Shown here in pieces: positions 10,659-17,700 of a stretch of 50,189 nt of DNA. The notes beneath the pieces are model-generated. The model had not been told where the DNA came from, did no database searches, and saw only the letters and a program-made list of their open reading frames with translations. Numbering within the stretch: the first letter of the stretch is position 1; each line of letters opens with the position of its first letter. The DNA lies in the IMG/VR virus record IMGVR_UViG_3300005613_000094, positions 1 to 50,189 of that record. One strand, 5' to 3'. The position numbers were made by a program, and so were the translations under genes. Source of the stretch: a virus. Its lineage: Duplodnaviria > Caudoviricetes.

Positions 10659-10678
10659 CCAAAGAAGGAGCCAGAAAT

Positions 10679-11275
10679 ATGTCAGATTTAGGAGACCACG
10701 CAGCCGCGCTACAGGTGCAGCAGATAATCGATAAGGGGCGCGAGCTTAGGAATTCGTTCGAGGCCGTATCACAGTCACGTAGCGACTACCAACTAAAACA
10801 TTTTGTAGTGCAGCAGCACGAAACACCTGAGCGGCAGTTCCTGCAGGTCGTGATCGAACTACAGCGTAAGGTGTCGTCTATCCGACGTGCGCAGATTGGG
10901 CTGCGTCAACTGAGCAACAAGATGGCCGAGGAGGACGACGACGACGAACGCGATCTGCTCGCCCTTGACCAGGAAGATGCCGAGTTTGCTATACTCGGCG
11001 CGATCCGTGAGTTCAATTGTCTGTACGCGATGTACGAGGCGCTGCCGAAGTTCACACACGAGCAGATCCAGGACGCAGAACAGGAGTACTGGCAGACGAG
11101 GTTAGCCCGTCAGTCGTGTTTAGACCTCGAAGCGACCAGTCGCATAGGCGTCGGTAACCTAGACGCGCTACGGCAGGCTGACATGCTCCCCGGTTTAGCG
11201 GGTAAAATGACCGAGTTACGCAAGACGCTGCGCGCACCTGGCGAACCAGGAGGCAGGCGTGCATTGGCTCCTTAG
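10679..11275 (+). CDS. Hypothetical alpha-helical protein (YQLKHFVV..HETPERQF.Q...EL; EYWQ.RL.RQ)
   Basis: Strong RBS (AAGGAG); coiled-coil-like composition; co-oriented with the propeller genes. Confidence 0.7.
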   Translation: MSDLGDHAAALQVQQIIDKGRELRNSFEAVSQSRSDYQLKHFVVQQHETPERQFLQVVIELQRKVSSIRRAQIGLRQLSNKMAEEDDDDERDLLALDQEDAEFAILGAIREFNCLYAMYEALPKFTHEQIQDAEQEYWQTRLARQSCLDLEATSRIGVGNLDALRQADMLPGLAGKMTELRKTLRAPGEPGGRRALAP

Positions 11276-11510
11276 AGCTCTGGAAGAGTTCGCGCTATTC
11301 CGGCGTGGCGTGATCGCGTCCCAGATAGCTATCAACGTCTACCTTATTAACCTTAGTTTCAAGTACATCATGTACGCCACGGAAATTGGGGTGGCGGGCA
11401 CTGAAGTCGTAATGGTGGTGGGGGCTTTCCACGCGCCACAAGCGGTAGTCATGGGCTACCTATTTAAAGTTTATTCACAAAAGAAGGAGCAGAAACAATA
11501 TGGCACATGA
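11259..11510 (+). CDS. Putative holin-like membrane protein
   Basis: 83 aa, two hydrophobic segments, basic C-terminus, upstream of the spanins. Confidence 0.45.
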   Translation: MHWLLRALEEFALFRRGVIASQIAINVYLINLSFKYIMYATEIGVAGTEVVMVVGAFHAPQAVVMGYLFKVYSQKKEQKQYGT

Positions 11511-11775
11511 AGCATACAAAAATTCCGCACTCGTCGCCTACCTGGCTTGGATGACAACCCGTCGTCGAGTAACCTGCATGGGTGGGTCGGAAGACTGCGC
11601 CCCGGCGGCTGAGAGCCTGAAAGAGTTTATGACGTTCAATCCGGTGCTTAGTAGCAATTCCATAACTCCGGTGCCGACGTATTTCAGCCCGTCTAGTAAG
11701 TGGTACGAGTGGGAAGTCAACACGATCCACTTGCCGATTATCCGGTTGAAACGTTGGTGGGCTAGTGTACGCTAG
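11500..11775 (+). CDS. Hypothetical protein
   Basis: RBS AAGGAG upstream; overlaps both neighbours in an operon-like way. Confidence 0.55.
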   Translation: MAHEAYKNSALVAYLAWMTTRRRVTCMGGSEDCAPAAESLKEFMTFNPVLSSNSITPVPTYFSPSSKWYEWEVNTIHLPIIRLKRWWASVR

Positions 11776-12268
11776 CTTGATAGGGTGGGGCATCAAGTAT
11801 GTCCTGCCCGCCCTGCTGATCGTGGGGTTGGTTAGTTGGGCCGGATACCAGGCCTACGATACCGGTCGTGATGTGGAGCGCGCCGTCTGGCTTGAGATTC
11901 AAGCGGACAACGACGCCATGCACATCGCAGAACTGGAAGCACTACAAGCTGCGGCAGAAATCGCTGCGGCCCAGCACTTACTTAGAATAGAGGAAATAAG
12001 AGATGCCAAACAAAAAGCTGTTGCAGAACTTAGGCATGATGTTGCTGTTGTCGCTGCTCGTGGCTTGTTCGTCAAAGCCAAAAATTGTGATTCAGGAAAG
12101 GCCAAAGCCAGCGATCCTGGGGGAGGTGGTGGCGGAACCAGCAGGCAAAGACTTCACGAAGAGACTGAGCGAAATCTTATCGCCTTGACTGAAGAGGCGG
12201 ATGAAGTCGTGATCCAGTATGAAGGCTGCAGAGCCGAGTTACTGAATCACGTTGAAGTACTAGATTAA
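11765..12268 (+). CDS. Rz: Rz-like inner-membrane spanin
   Basis: N-terminal transmembrane segment, G.D.ERA.W, Ala/Glu-rich coiled coil, C-terminal LI.L..EAD.....C; contains an embedded lipoprotein ORF. Confidence 0.8.
   Translation: MYASLIGWGIKYVLPALLIVGLVSWAGYQAYDTGRDVERAVWLEIQADNDAMHIAELEALQAAAEIAAAQHLLRIEEIRDAKQKAVAELRHDVAVVAARGLFVKAKNCDSGKAKASDPGGGGGGTSRQRLHEETERNLIALTEEADEVVIQYEGCRAELLNHVEVLD
12003..12188 (+). CDS. Rz1: Rz1-like outer-membrane lipoprotein spanin, embedded in the +1 frame of Rz
   Basis: MPNKK + hydrophobic core + lipobox LVA-C; Pro-containing mature part; GAGGA upstream; fully nested in Rz. Confidence 0.8.
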   Translation: MPNKKLLQNLGMMLLLSLLVACSSKPKIVIQERPKPAILGEVVAEPAGKDFTKRLSEILSP

Positions 12269-12738
12269 TGCACTATATCATTGCCTGGGAACAATATCAC
12301 GTTGTCGGGCAATGACGCCCCCTCCTCAACCCACGGCTCCCCTTCAAGAACACAGTGTAGAAAAGCAGTACCGCCGTCGGCGAAACGAATGCCTACTATC
12401 TGCGGGTCACCTTCGATTCGCTCAGGCATGAAGAACAGATCGATTACCGAGTCCGTACCATCCGGGAGTTCGCCCTCGGGGTTGATAACCTTGTAGACCT
12501 GCGGACTATCCAACACATCGCGTACCTGCACCGTACACCTGTCCTCCGAGGATTCTTCTAATTCCGCCTGTAGAAACACCCCCTCATCGAACGCAGACAC
12601 CCACTGGATCGAAGCTGGTGCGCCACTTGACGTACGAAATATTTTGAGGGTGTCGGCATCCTTTCTGGTCTCAGGCCCGCGACAGTAATTACCTATCTCT
12701 ACCGCCGTTACCTCGTACTTGTCCACTGTTATGTCCAT
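12265..12738 (-). CDS. Hypothetical acidic protein (157 aa)
   Basis: ATG at 12738 with RBS GAGGA; C-terminal NVILFP; convergent on Rz. Confidence 0.65.
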   Translation of the reverse strand: MDITVDKYEVTAVEIGNYCRGPETRKDADTLKIFRTSSGAPASIQWVSAFDEGVFLQAELEESSEDRCTVQVRDVLDSPQVYKVINPEGELPDGTDSVIDLFFMPERIEGDPQIVGIRFADGGTAFLHCVLEGEPWVEEGASLPDNVILFPGNDIVH

Positions 12739-12739
12739 G

Positions 12740-13003
12740 TTAGTCCTCGTATAGTTGAGCTGCGTTAATGCGGGTGACACCGTTAGTGAATTCTAAGTAA
12801 CCTTCCGCTTCCAGTATGTGGATTACCGGGGCTCTGTTACGTTGGTTTAGGGGTACCGTGATATCCGGGTAGGCTGGTGGCACTACGGACCACCCACCCC
12901 TTGAAAACCTGTCGAGGGCACCACCGGGTGTGCGGTGTACCGTCTGGCTATCGTCGTCGGTTACGATGTAAACTGTTCTAGCTTTCATAATTTTATACTC
13001 CAT
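12740..13003 (-). CDS. Hypothetical protein
   Basis: ORF directly downstream of a sigma70-like promoter; start could be 13003 or 12988. Confidence 0.6.
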   Translation of the reverse strand: MEYKIMKARTVYIVTDDDSQTVHRTPGGALDRFSRGGWSVVPPAYPDITVPLNQRNRAPVIHILEAEGYLEFTNGVTRINAAQLYED

Positions 13004-13021
13004 TTCGTTTAAAGAAACCTG

Positions 13022-13050
13022 ACTTTACACTAACTGTTTCTGTTTAGCAA
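13022..13050 (-). promoter_or_regulatory. Sigma70-like leftward promoter
   Basis: TTGCTA (13050-13045), 17-nt spacer, TAAAGT (13027-13022). Confidence 0.55.
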
Positions 13051-13072
13051 GTGCTATTCGACAATAAATTAG

Positions 13073-13101
13073 TTGCGCAAAAAACAGGCATGTAGTATGC
13101 T
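13073..13101 (+). promoter_or_regulatory. Sigma70-like rightward promoter
   Basis: TTGCGC (13073-13078), 17-nt spacer, TATGCT (13096-13101). Confidence 0.55.
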
Positions 13102-13130
13102 GTTGGAAATTAACGAACCCATCTACGTCT

Positions 13131-13352
13131 ATGCTATCCACATTGCCTGAACTGTTGCAGCAACCAGTAGTACAAACCCTCATACTGTGTGGGGCTGTTT
13201 ACGGCGGTATCCGGGTGGACTTGAAGAACCTACACAAGACCCAAGAGCAGCACTACCAGGAGCACACCCGTGCGTCGACAGCCACCAACAAACGTCTTGA
13301 CGGCGTCATCTTTTCCCAGCTTCACAGAGTACACCCACGACAACCGGAATAA
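13131..13352 (+). CDS. Small membrane-anchored protein (holin/antiholin-like)
   Basis: One hydrophobic segment ending GAVYGGIRVDL, followed by a coiled coil; has its own promoter and terminator. Confidence 0.5.
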   Translation: MLSTLPELLQQPVVQTLILCGAVYGGIRVDLKNLHKTQEQHYQEHTRASTATNKRLDGVIFSQLHRVHPRQPE

Positions 13353-13378
13353 CTTATACAAAGATCGCTTGCACCCGG

Positions 13379-13404
13379 CCCCGCAGTGCATCGCGGGGAT
13401 TTTT
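13379..13404 (+). terminator. Rho-independent terminator between convergent genes
   Basis: CCCCGC-N8-GCGGGG followed by ATTTTT. Confidence 0.6.
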
Positions 13405-13408
13405 GTGC

Positions 13409-13600
13409 CTAAGGTAACCCCAGCTTATCCCGACAGAAACCGCAGGCTCCGCCGACCGTGCGTTCGAAATACTCCCCGCAGTGGTCGCACTCACCCGCCT
13501 CTCCCTCTGGCATACGAGCTACCGCAGCGCGCACGGCCTTCTGTCCGAGATCAAGTTCCAGCTCGGTTCGTTCGTTTGATGTGTCGATTATATCGGCCAT
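13409..13600 (-). CDS. TraR/DksA-family C4 zinc-finger protein
   Basis: N-terminal MADIIDTS (DxxDxA-like); CDHC...CGFC; 63 aa. Confidence 0.8.
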   Translation of the reverse strand: MADIIDTSNERTELELDLGQKAVRAAVARMPEGEAGECDHCGEYFERTVGGACGFCRDKLGLP

Positions 13601-13777
13601 TTATATGTATCCTTTTTCACTTTCAATTTGTTTGTTACGCTTCGGCAACTCGGCCCAGGCTATGAGCCAGTCACCGTTACCCCATATTCCTACGATACAC
13701 GTCATGCCAGCCGTTAGGAGGAGAAGCTTTCTGCCCCTGTCCTCTGGCGGCTCGTAATTAAATTCACCGCGTGTCAT
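13601..13777 (-). CDS. Small hypothetical protein (DUF551-like C-terminus), missing from the ORF track
   Basis: MTRGEFNYEPP...LIAWAELPKR..., 58 aa; ATGA overlap with the helicase stop; stop abuts the next ATG. Confidence 0.6.
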   Translation of the reverse strand: MTRGEFNYEPPEDRGRKLLLLTAGMTCIVGIWGNGDWLIAWAELPKRNKQIESEKGYI

Positions 13778-15186
13778 CTGAATTTCCTTTTCTTGGCCAT
13801 CGCTTCTAGCAGCACATCTTGTACGTCGCGCTTGCCGTCCGTTCTGGCGATAACTAATTCATCCACGGTTCCCCGTGCGATGATCCGGTAGACGAAGACA
13901 GGCCGGTCGAGACCGGCTTGCAGTTGTCGTACTGGCCCGATGCGTTCCAGGATCTGTTGTTGGTGCTCCAGGTTCCATGTCTGCGCAAAGTAGACCAGGA
14001 TATTACCACCAAACTGTAGGTTAAGTCCATGCCCGGCTGACTGCGGGTGCGCAAATAGTAGCGGCACCTGGCCCTTATTCCACCGGCCCATGAGTTCAAC
14101 ACCGTTCTTACTGGTCAACACCTCCCCCTTCGGAAAGGCTTTCTTCAACCTAACCAGGTCAGAACGGAAGCTGGTCGATACCAGGATAGGCATCCCGTTG
14201 GCTTCAGCTATTATACTTTCCAGCGCCTGTAGCTTAACGTCGTGCACAACCTTCGTTAGTTTAGCCCTGGGGTCCTCGTCGCTCTCGACTAAGGGGTCAA
14301 CATACACTGCGCCGTTAGCGATTTGTAGCAGCTTCTGAGTGCGTGCTGCTGCGTGGAATGCTTCTACCTCGTGGCCCTCCAGCTCGAAGAAACATTTTTC
14401 TTCCATCTCCTGGTACAAGCGCATGGCCTTTGACGGCAGGTCAACGTAGCGGTCAGTCACGATTGGCTCCTCCAGATCGAACCAATCCTTCGGGTTGACG
14501 GTCACGCACAGATCGTGTATGCGCTTGTTGATCTCAGCCCCTGAGAAGTCATGTGGTTTTAGCCCGTAGCCATCACGTGACGCAGAGAACCAGCGGTCGC
14601 TGAATGACCGATAGGAAGACCCCAAGCGTTTACCTTTATCCAGAAACCACATCTGGCCCCAGAGATCCTTCAGCCCGTTGGGTGACGGGGTGCCAGTTAA
14701 CTCTTGGAAATATTTTACTTTACTGTGCGCCACCTGCGCGAGCGCTTGCATTCTCATACTGCCCTGCCTGGTGCGGAATCCTTTCAACCGTGTAGCTTCG
14801 TCGGCGATGATTGTCTCGAAGGGCCAGCGGTCACCGAGGTAATCTACCAGCCAAGGTATCGACTCGTAGTTGGTGACAAACACGTTGGCATCGCACCGGA
14901 GTAAGCGGCGGCGTTCCTTCTCAGACCCTACCACCGGCACAACACGCATACCGGAGAGGTGGTCCCACTTATCTGCTTCGTCAGGCCAGCTTGTTTTGGC
15001 TACCAATAGTGGTGCCAGCACCAGTTTAGGGGTGGTCACTCCCTGAAGCTCAAGCTGGTCGATGTAGGTTAAAGCACTGACGGTTTTTCCCATCCCCATC
15101 CCAGCCCAGATAGCACTGCGTGCGTGTCGGCTGGCATGGTCGATGATAATTTCCTGGTATTCTCGTGGTATAAATTTTTGACTCAT
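13774..15186 (-). CDS. SNF2-family (SF2) helicase
   Basis: GMGMGKT Walker A, IIADEA, LTGTP, SAGHGLNLQ, ERIG.VRQ. Confidence 0.92.
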   Translation of the reverse strand: MSQKFIPREYQEIIIDHASRHARSAIWAGMGMGKTVSALTYIDQLELQGVTTPKLVLAPLLVAKTSWPDEADKWDHLSGMRVVPVVGSEKERRRLLRCDANVFVTNYESIPWLVDYLGDRWPFETIIADEATRLKGFRTRQGSMRMQALAQVAHSKVKYFQELTGTPSPNGLKDLWGQMWFLDKGKRLGSSYRSFSDRWFSASRDGYGLKPHDFSGAEINKRIHDLCVTVNPKDWFDLEEPIVTDRYVDLPSKAMRLYQEMEEKCFFELEGHEVEAFHAAARTQKLLQIANGAVYVDPLVESDEDPRAKLTKVVHDVKLQALESIIAEANGMPILVSTSFRSDLVRLKKAFPKGEVLTSKNGVELMGRWNKGQVPLLFAHPQSAGHGLNLQFGGNILVYFAQTWNLEHQQQILERIGPVRQLQAGLDRPVFVYRIIARGTVDELVIARTDGKRDVQDVLLEAMAKKRKFR

Positions 15187-15473
15187 TTTAATTCAGCCTT
15201 TTTCATGAGTTCCGAAATGAACTCATCTACTTTTCCTGTTGTGTCTATGACCCGTACGTCTGCGCCGTGCTTCCGCATACGCTCATGCTCGCGGGCCTGA
15301 GCTGCTCTGGCCTTCTTGCCAGGGCGCTTGAGTTCGACGAAATAAACACCCCGGAAAAATACCACCCTATCCGGGGCGTGTGCGCGTCCAACCCATTCAC
15401 ACTTCCTGACCTCACCTCGTAGAACATATTTGACTTGGTCTACGAAGTAAGATTCTACGTTACGTTCACGCAA
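15183..15473 (-). CDS. VRR-NUC domain nuclease
   Basis: E..VE...; G..APDR...FVELKRPG...Q; typical position next to the SNF2 helicase. Confidence 0.9.
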   Translation of the reverse strand: MRERNVESYFVDQVKYVLRGEVRKCEWVGRAHAPDRVVFFRGVYFVELKRPGKKARAAQAREHERMRKHGADVRVIDTTGKVDEFISELMKKAELK

Positions 15474-15876
15474 CGGCTTCTTCAGGTACCGCGCTTTGAC
15501 CTAGTAGCTGCCCCTGCGCGGACTGCACAAGCCATGCGCACGCTTCTGGTGTGATAAGTTCTTCCATCACCTCTATGTCGGGTGCGACACCCAACACCTG
15601 GCCGAGGACAAACACCAAAGCCGGTAGGTTGGTGTCGTCGCGTCCGATGCTGCCATCCGGGTTAGGTGACTTTACCCACGCCTCACCGGTTACCAATATG
15701 GTCTCCAACCCCGCTGAGCCGCCGTCACCTACGGTAGGTACACGCATCTCCTGTGGCCAGGCTGCGTAACGAAGCTGCTTGATGTTGCAGCCGAGTGTGC
15801 GGGCTGCTTCTTCCGCAGTTACGAGTTGAAGCTTATCGTTCTGTGTAGTCTGTCTGTTAATCAACATCTTTACCAC
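15466..15876 (-). CDS. Hypothetical protein
   Basis: Operon position; start uncertain (15876 GTG or 15867 ATG). Confidence 0.6.
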   Translation of the reverse strand: MVKMLINRQTTQNDKLQLVTAEEAARTLGCNIKQLRYAAWPQEMRVPTVGDGGSAGLETILVTGEAWVKSPNPDGSIGRDDTNLPALVFVLGQVLGVAPDIEVMEELITPEACAWLVQSAQGQLLGQSAVPEEAVA

Positions 15877-16660
15877 CTTCCTTTTCTTGGTTTAAAATAT
15901 TTTGAAACGCTTCTGACGCGAACACTGCTTCGGTCAACTTTTCCACCACATCTGCCTGGCTGTAGGGCGCTGAACCCATAATGTTTGCAGCCACTCGGAG
16001 TTCCAGTTCAGCTAGATCCAGGTCGACCAGGCCAGCCTCGTGGACGACCTCGTTACGCGCTCGGGCACCGTCGGTCGGCAGCCCCTGGGTTTCTGGCTCA
16101 GGTGCGTTCCGCCCAGTGGGCGACCCGTACAGCTTGCGAGGTCTCGTCTCAGACGTCCCCCGGTCCCGCAGGATAGCCATGCCGCAGTAGACTATTGCGC
16201 CGAAGACTTCGCGCTCGAACGCTTCACCAGTTAGCCCACGACCGGCAGCCTCTTCCAGTTTCTTGGCAGCTTGGCCCGTGAGGAAACCACGTCCATGTAG
16301 TTTAGCGTAGTGCACCCACGGCTGCTCCAGGAAAGGCGTCTTGTTGCCGCCGTGTCGCTCGCCTTTGCCATGCACCGCCTGGTCGATAGCCGAGGTCAAC
16401 ACCTCGTACAGTGGGTGGTCTTGCAGTTCCTTCGACACCCGCAGTTCGCGTTTAACTTTATGGCGGAAGGCGTCGCCTATCCTCTTCAGGTCTGCCTTTT
16501 GGATGTCCTCGTTGGCGATGCGCCAACCCAAACCCCAGGACTGGTGTTTGTTGCTCCACCCACATAAGGCATACGGGTTGTCGTCTTCCTTCAGGCCAGC
16601 TACGCGGGCGTTAGCTCCCTCGGCTGTCGCTGGGACTTCTGAGAAGTATGTTTTAGTCAT
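15857..16660 (-). CDS. Composite protein: Rmf/CrpP-like N-terminal domain, conserved helical phage domain (KGERHG..GQA.KK..E), PolA-motif-like C-terminal fragment
   Basis: EG..A...G....NPY......W..GW; TGR..PE.Q.LP and DLAELELRVAA near the C-terminus. Confidence 0.65.
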   Translation of the reverse strand: MTKTYFSEVPATAEGANARVAGLKEDDNPYALCGWSNKHQSWGLGWRIANEDIQKADLKRIGDAFRHKVKRELRVSKELQDHPLYEVLTSAIDQAVHGKGERHGGNKTPFLEQPWVHYAKLHGRGFLTGQAAKKLEEAAGRGLTGEAFEREVFGAIVYCGMAILRDRGTSETRPRKLYGSPTGRNAPEPETQGLPTDGARARNEVVHEAGLVDLDLAELELRVAANIMGSAPYSQADVVEKLTEAVFASEAFQNILNQEKEGGKDVD

Positions 16661-16881
16661 GGTTTTCCTCTTTCCGGTTGTGTGGTACGTGGTGTTACGA
16701 AATTGTTTTCCATCCGGGCGAAGCGTTCACGTTTCTTCTCTTCGGCCAGCCAGGCCTTGCAGTAGTAGAAGGATTCAAGAACCGTATCGAATTCACCTGC
16801 TCGGTTCTTGCCTAGCCTATAATCTACTGTGCCTTTGAGCTGTATGCTAACCCGTTGTTTCTTGTTGAGTTCAGTCGCCAT
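16657..16881 (-). CDS. Hypothetical protein (74 aa)
   Basis: ATG at 16881 with GGAGG RBS; ATGA overlap with the next gene. Confidence 0.6.
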   Translation of the reverse strand: MATELNKKQRVSIQLKGTVDYRLGKNRAGEFDTVLESFYYCKAWLAEEKKRERFARMENNFVTPRTTQPERGKP

Positions 16882-17065
16882 GCGCCACCTCCATTTTCCT
16901 GAGGTCGAAGCTGCCTTCAACGTAGCCCTGCGTCCAGTAGCGACCGAGGGGCACCCCTGTGAATGGGTTGGAGTGACAACTGCGCCCCTCTTCCGAGGCG
17001 TTGTACCCAAGTACGAAGGCATCCTGTTGCTCCTGGTTTCTTAGTCGTGCTCTGTGCTGCGACAT
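16871..17065 (-). CDS. Rmf/CrpP-fold-like small protein
   Basis: AF..GY.A...G....NPF......W..GY; RBS AGGAG. Confidence 0.65.
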   Translation of the reverse strand: MSQHRARLRNQEQQDAFVLGYNASEEGRSCHSNPFTGVPLGRYWTQGYVEGSFDLRKMEVAHGD

Positions 17066-17075
17066 GATAATTCTC

Positions 17076-17690
17076 CTATTTAGTTATTTTCTCGCATTCC
17101 CTTATTAAAAAGTCTTTGTACTCAGCCCAAAATTCTAAGGCTTTAGGACCCATCTGTTCAATTTCTACGTAACTAAACGAGGCCCATTCGGCTAACAGAT
17201 GGCTTTCACATCCTATACGGATATGTCCGTTCGTCAAGTATACGTCCCATTCCAAACCAAGTACGACCTTTGCTGCCCCGTGAAGGTTAGCCCCGTGAAG
17301 GTTAGCCCAGCGAAGGTCAGCCTCGTGAAGGTCAGCCTCGTGAAGGTTAGCCCCGCGAAGGTCAGCCCAGCGAAGGTTAGCCCCGTGAAGGTTAGCCCAG
17401 CGAAGGTTAGCCCCGCGAAGGTCAGCCTTGTGAAGGTTAGCCCCGCGAAGGTTAGCCCCGCGAAGGTTAGCCCCGCGAAGGTTAGCCTTGTGAAGGTTAG
17501 CCCCGTGAAGGTTAGCCCAGCGAAGGTCAGCCTCGTGAAGGTCAGCCTCGTGAAGGTTAGCCTCGTGAAGGTCAGCCTCGTGAAGGTCAGCCCCTAGCGT
17601 AGCTGCCGCGTTAACGTGTGCCGCGAAGGTAACCGAGTTAGACTCGTAAATTACAGCACCGGTGTTTTTGTGTCTGGTTGTAAATGCCAC
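17076..17690 (-). CDS. Pentapeptide repeat protein (204 aa, GTG start)
   Basis: 21 A(D/N)L(H/R)x repeats; C-terminal IGCE.H...W domain; RBS AGGAG before GTG at 17690. Confidence 0.9.
   Translation of the reverse strand: MAFTTRHKNTGAVIYESNSVTFAAHVNAAATLGADLHEADLHEANLHEADLHEADLRWANLHGANLHKANLRGANLRGANLRGANLHKADLRGANLRWANLHGANLRWADLRGANLHEADLHEADLRWANLHGANLHGAAKVVLGLEWDVYLTNGHIRIGCESHLLAEWASFSYVEIEQMGPKALEFWAEYKDFLIRECEKITK
17277..17591 (-). repeat. Tandem 15-nt repeat x21 encoding pentapeptides
   Basis: Minus-strand unit GCT(G/A)ACCTT C(A/G)C (GAG/GGG/TGG/AAG). Confidence 0.95.
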
Positions 17691-17700
17691 GATAATTCTC

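Noticed and set aside
8569-13400. Diversity-generating retroelement as in BPP-1
   Set aside because: No reverse transcriptase ORF and no template/variable repeat pair differing at adenines was seen.
17277-17591. CRISPR array
   Set aside because: Contiguous 15-nt coding repeats without unique spacers. The DUF2800 Cas4-like gene is a normal phage replication gene.
17199-17597. Plus-strand ORF with KVS(P/L)(A/V) repeats
   Set aside because: Antisense shadow of the pentapeptide array; no RBS.
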